The notes under the pieces are model-generated. The model searched no databases. It worked only from the letters and a program-made list of their open reading frames with translations, and was not told where the DNA came from. A DNA stretch of 64,000 nt from Alphaproteobacteria bacterium (GTDB lineage Bacteria; Pseudomonadota; Alphaproteobacteria; MPNO01; UBA830). Position 1 is the first letter of the stretch. Each line of letters begins with the position of its first letter. The position numbers and the translations under genes were made by a program. Positions 59,843 to 64,000 of this stretch are shown here, piece by piece. The stretch spans positions 704,001 through 768,000 of the forward strand of contig OZ251539.1 of assembly GCA_965243135.1 (NCBI GenBank), given 5' to 3'.

Positions 59843-60316
59843 TGCCAGCCTCCCGGTAGCGTCGATTTAGAGTATAGCCTTGCCTGTGCTCCCGAACAAT
59901 TGAGGGCCATTCGGCAATGTCGCCGCTATTGGCTCCGAAGCGCAACGCGGGCGATCGGCGGCGCGGGGGCGGGAAGGGTCGGCTTGCGGACGGACGCCAT
60001 CGAAGCCGTGGGTGCGAAGGACCGCCCCGCGGGCGACAGCAGGACGTCCGCTTACCAGTTCCAAGCGCGATTTCGTTCGGCTCAGCCATGCATGCGCAAT
60101 CCTGCGCAGAGGACCGGTTTCGGGAAATCGCCGTTATTTCGGCAAGTTGGAAAATTTCCGCGGATCCCGTTCGCCATCGAGCGCCCGTGCGCAGGCCGAG
60201 CCTTTCGTTTTCCAGGCCGGACGGTCGGCCGGCATGCGGATTGTCAACACGGAAGCAACGGCGAGTTGGGAAGGTCTCCGGAGGCCGCGCGGAAAAGCGG
60301 CCTCTCGCGCCGCAGG

Positions 60317-61507
60317 TCACTCGCGCCAGTCGGCGCCGGGCATGATGCGGCGCATGAACTGATCGAACAAGGGAACGGTAAAGGCAGTGTCCCCGCGCGT
60401 CGCGCTCCAGATCATTCCCTTGGCGATCAACTGGCTGCGGGTCGGTCCGAGCGAAGTAATCTTGCGACCGAGCGTTCGAGCGACCTCCCCGGAACGATGC
60501 GGGCCGGGGCCGAGTTCCGCCATGGCGCGCAGGTAGCGCTTCTGCGACGCGGTCAGGCGGTCGAAGCGGGCCCGGAAGAACCCGGCATCCAGCGAAGCGA
60601 CTACTTCCCCCGACGCGCGCTCGACGTCTCTGGCGGCGATCCGCGGTTTTTCTGCGATGTCCCAGGCGTGCTTCCCCCATTCCTGCAGGAAGTACGGATA
60701 GCCCTGCGTCTCGGCGACGATCATTCGCAGGGCCTCGGCGCTGATATCGGCTTTCCGGGCGCGGATCGGCTTGGCGACCGCATCCCGGGACGCTGCTTCG
60801 TCGAGAGGACCGACCTCGCGAAACTCGAACAGGCGTTCGGCATACGCCTCGGCCTCGGCGGCCCTGGCGCGCAACGGAGGCAGACCGGCGGCGGCGAGAA
60901 GGATCGGAAGCCGCCTCTGCCCCGCTCGATGCAGGGCGGCGATCAGCGCCCCCAATTCCGCCTGAGGAACGTACTGCAGCTCGTCGATGATCGCGACGAG
61001 CGCGGTATTCGAAGCGGACGCCGCCGTTCCGACCGCCTCGAAAAGGGCGGCGAGGTCGAATTCGAGATTGCCGCTGTCGGCGACGCCAGCTTCCGCAGGC
61101 GCGGCAATGCCCAATTCTATTTCGCCGTATTTGACCTTGAGCGCGGAAACGAATCCGGCGAGCACCCGCATGGCACGGGAAGTCAGATTGCGAACCCGTT
61201 TCTGGCGGGACAATCGTAAAAGGGCAATGTGCAACTCCGAGGCGAGCGCGACCGGCAGAACGCTTCGTTCGGTCGCTTCGATCTGAAACGTTGCGAGACC
61301 CTCTCTCTGGGCGTTCTGATGAATGCGGTCGAGCAGGACGGTTTTTCCTACGCCGCGCAACCCCAGCAGCAACACGCTTCTCGCTGGAAGCGATCGGCGC
61401 GTTCGTTCCGTGGAGACGCTGATGGTTTCGAGCAGTTGATCGCGTCCTGCAAGCTCCGGGGGCGGAGTTCCCGCGCCGGGCGCGAAGGGATTGTCGATCG
61501 GATTCAT
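60317..61507 (-). CDS. AAA ATPase (AAA_16-like) with C-terminal winged helix
   Basis: NPFAPGAGTPPPELAGR, GLRGVGKT, IIDELQ, GYPYFLQ, LIAKGMI, FTVPLF. Confidence 0.88.
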   Translation of the reverse strand: MNPIDNPFAPGAGTPPPELAGRDQLLETISVSTERTRRSLPARSVLLLGLRGVGKTVLLDRIHQNAQREGLATFQIEATERSVLPVALASELHIALLRLSRQKRVRNLTSRAMRVLAGFVSALKVKYGEIELGIAAPAEAGVADSGNLEFDLAALFEAVGTAASASNTALVAIIDELQYVPQAELGALIAALHRAGQRRLPILLAAAGLPPLRARAAEAEAYAERLFEFREVGPLDEAASRDAVAKPIRARKADISAEALRMIVAETQGYPYFLQEWGKHAWDIAEKPRIAARDVERASGEVVASLDAGFFRARFDRLTASQKRYLRAMAELGPGPHRSGEVARTLGRKITSLGPTRSQLIAKGMIWSATRGDTAFTVPLFDQFMRRIMPGADWRE

Positions 61508-61511
61508 GTAT

Positions 61512-61576
61512 GCGTTTATACTGGAGTTAGCCGATTTATCAAGCGCCGATAAATCGGCTAACTCCAGTATAAACGC
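61512..61576. repeat. Perfect 29-bp inverted repeat with a 7-nt spacer
   Basis: gcgtttatactggagttagccgatttatc-aagcgcc-gataaatcggctaactccagtataaacgc. Confidence 0.95.
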
Positions 61577-61809
61577 GCTTGACCGTCATGCATTGCTGCG
61601 CGAATCCGAACGAGGCTCCTGGCGTTCGGCATGAAGCGCCGCTGAAAACGGTGACTTGGGAGGCTCCCGTGAAACGCCCTCGGCTGGACGGCGCGAGCTT
61701 CGCTGTCGGCGGCAACGACCGCAAGGGCGCGTTGCGCAGCTGGGGCGGCGTTGACTTGCGCGCGTTCCCGTTCGAGACTAAACGACCTTCTTCGAAACGA
61801 AAGCGCGGA

Positions 61810-62046
61810 ATGAAGCAAGAGGATCGCATTCGCGAACCCGAAAACCGGGTTTGGCAGACCCGCGAGCATGCGCAGACGGAGTTCGAGCGGTGTCTGGCGG
61901 ATGCCCTTGAGCGAGCCTTCGCGGACGGCGTCGTCGATCTGGCGCCGCTGGTCGACCGGCTCAATGCGGACGGCCTGCGCGACGAGGAAAATCGCGCATG
62001 GACCGAGGAGAGCTTCCGCGCCGCGATGGCGCGTCTCGGCGCGTGA
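61810..62046 (+). CDS. Small recombinase-like helix-turn-helix protein
   Basis: WQTR..TEFERCLADALERAFADG..LVDRLN..WTEESFRAAMARLGA, a family often found beside Rieske oxygenases. Confidence 0.7.
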   Translation: MKQEDRIREPENRVWQTREHAQTEFERCLADALERAFADGVVDLAPLVDRLNADGLRDEENRAWTEESFRAAMARLGA

Positions 62047-62825
62047 TGCCCGATGTCCGGCTCGAATTCCGCGACGTCGCGAAGCGCTTCGCGGGGCGCC
62101 GGAGCGAAGTGCTGGCGGTCGAAGACGTGTCGTTCGCCGTGAACGACGGCGAAGTCGTGTCGTTGATCGGCCCTTCGGGCTGCGGCAAGTCGACCTTGCT
62201 CAATATCGCGTCGGGACTCGACCGGGCGAGCCGCGGCATGGCTCTCGTCGACGGCGAGGAGGTGACGGAAGTCAACGAGCACGTGGCGTTCATGCTGCAG
62301 AAGGATCTTCTGTTGCCGTGGCGGTCGATTCGCGAAAACGTCGAATTCGGCCTCGAAATCCAGGGAGTGCGCGGCAGCGAGCGCAAGCGCCGCTCGTCGG
62401 ACTGGCTCGAACGCTGCCATTTGGCCGACTTCGCCGACCACTACCCGCACCAGCTATCGGGCGGCATGCGGCAGCGCGCGGCGCTCGCCCGCACGCTTGT
62501 CACCGATCCCCACGTTCTGCTTCTGGACGAACCCTTTTCCGCCCTCGACGCCCAGACCAAGATGATATTGCAGCAGGATCTCGCTACAATGCTCGAACAG
62601 TCGGACAAGACCGCCTTGTTCATCACCCACGATCTGGTCGAGGCGGTGGCGCTGTCCGACCGCGTTTTGGTGATGAGTCCCCGCCCCGGACGGATTATCG
62701 AGGAGATCGTCGTGGACATTCCCGAACGCGCCAATCCTCTGGAACGCCGAAAGAACGAGGCGGTCGGAGCCTGCGTCGCGCGGCTGATGTCTCTGCTTCA
62801 TGTCGGCGAACTCGAGCCCGTCTGA
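62046..62825 (+). CDS. NitT/TauT-family ABC ATP-binding protein
   Basis: GPSGCGKS, LLPWR, LSGGMRQR, LLDEPFSALD, ITHD. Confidence 0.93.
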   Translation: MPDVRLEFRDVAKRFAGRRSEVLAVEDVSFAVNDGEVVSLIGPSGCGKSTLLNIASGLDRASRGMALVDGEEVTEVNEHVAFMLQKDLLLPWRSIRENVEFGLEIQGVRGSERKRRSSDWLERCHLADFADHYPHQLSGGMRQRAALARTLVTDPHVLLLDEPFSALDAQTKMILQQDLATMLEQSDKTALFITHDLVEAVALSDRVLVMSPRPGRIIEEIVVDIPERANPLERRKNEAVGACVARLMSLLHVGELEPV

Positions 62826-62850
62826 ATTCAAACCCACAAGGAGAATGCCC

Positions 62851-63825
62851 ATGCATCGTACAGGAAAAATCGTCGCCTCGGCCGTCGTCGCGGCGGCCTG
62901 CATCGCCGGCGGCGCCGCGCAAGCGCAGAAGAAGGTCACCTATCTGCTGCCCGCGCCCGAATTCCTTCCCGCGTTCGCGCCCTGGCAGCTCGCCAAGCAC
63001 AAGGGGTACTACGCCGCCGAAGGCCTCGAGGTCTCGTTTCAGCGGTCCAAGGGCGGCGTCGACGTCGCGAAGCAGGTCGGCGTCGGCAACGCGCCGATCG
63101 GCGGCGGGATCGGGGACACCTCCATTCTCGTCCGGCCCAGCGGGATTCCGGTCCGCTCGGTGGCGCTGCTGGGCGGCGGCTCGCTCGTGCAGCTCGTCGC
63201 GCGCGCCGATCGCGGCATCGAGAAAGTCGAAGACCTCAAGGGCAAGACGATCTCCGTGCTGTCCTATCAGGACACGACGTTCTACGCCTCGCAGGGCATC
63301 ATGGCGTCCCGCGGGTTGACGCGGAACGACGCCGACATCCAGGCCGCGGGTCCGCAGGGCGTATGGAAGCTTTTCGTCGAGGGCAAGGTCGACGCGATGA
63401 TCGGCGTTCCCGACTGGATCGGCATCGCCCGCGGGCAGAACGTGAAGATGAAAATCTTCAACGCCCAAGACTACTTTCCCTCGATGGCGCAGGCGATCCT
63501 GGCGTCCGACGAAATGATCGAAAAGGATCCGAAGCTGATCCGCAGCCTCGTGCAGGCGACGCTGAAGGGACTGGCCGACTTGATGAGAGACCCCGTCGCG
63601 GCCGCCGACGACTACGTCAAGGCCGTGCCGCGCTGGAGCAAGGCGGCGGCGGCGATGGCCGGCACGTTCAAGCTCTACAACGCCTATACCTGGCCCGGCC
63701 AGAAGGTTCTCGGCGCGATGGACGAGAAGAGATTGGCGACGCTCCAGGACTTCTATCTCAAGGCCGGTTTCATCAAGAAGAAGACTCCGGTCGCGGACCT
63801 CTATACGAACCGGTTCGTTCAGTAG
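62851..63825 (+). CDS. NitT/TauT (SsuA/THI5-like) substrate-binding protein
   Basis: Signal peptide, KGYYAAEGLEV, DLKGKTI, YTNRFV. Confidence 0.88.
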   Translation: MHRTGKIVASAVVAAACIAGGAAQAQKKVTYLLPAPEFLPAFAPWQLAKHKGYYAAEGLEVSFQRSKGGVDVAKQVGVGNAPIGGGIGDTSILVRPSGIPVRSVALLGGGSLVQLVARADRGIEKVEDLKGKTISVLSYQDTTFYASQGIMASRGLTRNDADIQAAGPQGVWKLFVEGKVDAMIGVPDWIGIARGQNVKMKIFNAQDYFPSMAQAILASDEMIEKDPKLIRSLVQATLKGLADLMRDPVAAADDYVKAVPRWSKAAAAMAGTFKLYNAYTWPGQKVLGAMDEKRLATLQDFYLKAGFIKKKTPVADLYTNRFVQ

Positions 63826-63894
63826 CGATGCCGCGGTCGGCGCCGCGGGAGAGGACGAGGTGCGGGTCCGGCGTCAATCGGGACGCGCGGAACG

Positions 63895-64000
63895 GTGACG
63901 CCGGCTCGCGTCGCCGCCAGCCTGGGCTTGCTGATCGTCTTCCTGGCGGCGTGGGAATGGGGGCCGGGAGCGCTCGGCGTCAAGGCCTATATCGTTCCGC
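63895..64000 (+). CDS. ABC permease, N-terminus only (3' end outside the window)
   Basis: VTPARVAASLGLLIVFLAAWEW..YIVP, following the ATPase and binding protein. Confidence 0.65.
   Translation, partial: MTPARVAASLGLLIVFLAAWEWGPGALGVKAYIVP

Noticed and set aside
53055-61810. Integron cassette array or prophage
   Set aside because: No integrase, no attC-like sites recognised, mixed gene orientation and no phage structural genes.
1-64000. tRNA, rRNA, riboswitch or CRISPR array
   Set aside because: None recognised by eye. A covariance-model scan would be needed to exclude small RNAs.

Overview
GC-rich bacterial window, probably an alphaproteobacterium (inferred from gene content). The backbone is uptake and catabolism of aromatic or heterocyclic compounds: two Rieske oxygenases, UbiD, LigB-like and LigJ-like enzymes, a TPP enzyme, an E1a/E1b/E2 dehydrogenase cluster, a Mo oxidoreductase and many TRAP, Bug and ABC binding proteins. 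It is repeatedly interrupted by defence-like or accessory genes and by decayed gene remnants. The top candidate for a new system is at 34321-39528. There a Type ISP restriction-modification gene is split by a G11 homopolymer frameshift, its C-terminus is fused in frame to the toxin-binding half of a DUF3018/MazE-like antitoxin, and a MazF/PemK toxin follows with an ATGA overlap. Other notable items are an intact IS with 18-bp terminal inverted repeats and a 9-bp target duplication, and accessory genes bracketed by degenerate copies of a Rieske gene 3' end (53-61.8 kb). There is also a perfect 29-bp hairpin, a triplicated ABC binding protein, and an HsdR_N nuclease fused to an integrase SAM-like domain. 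No rRNA, tRNA or CRISPR array was seen. All family assignments come from motif recognition by eye; no database search was run.
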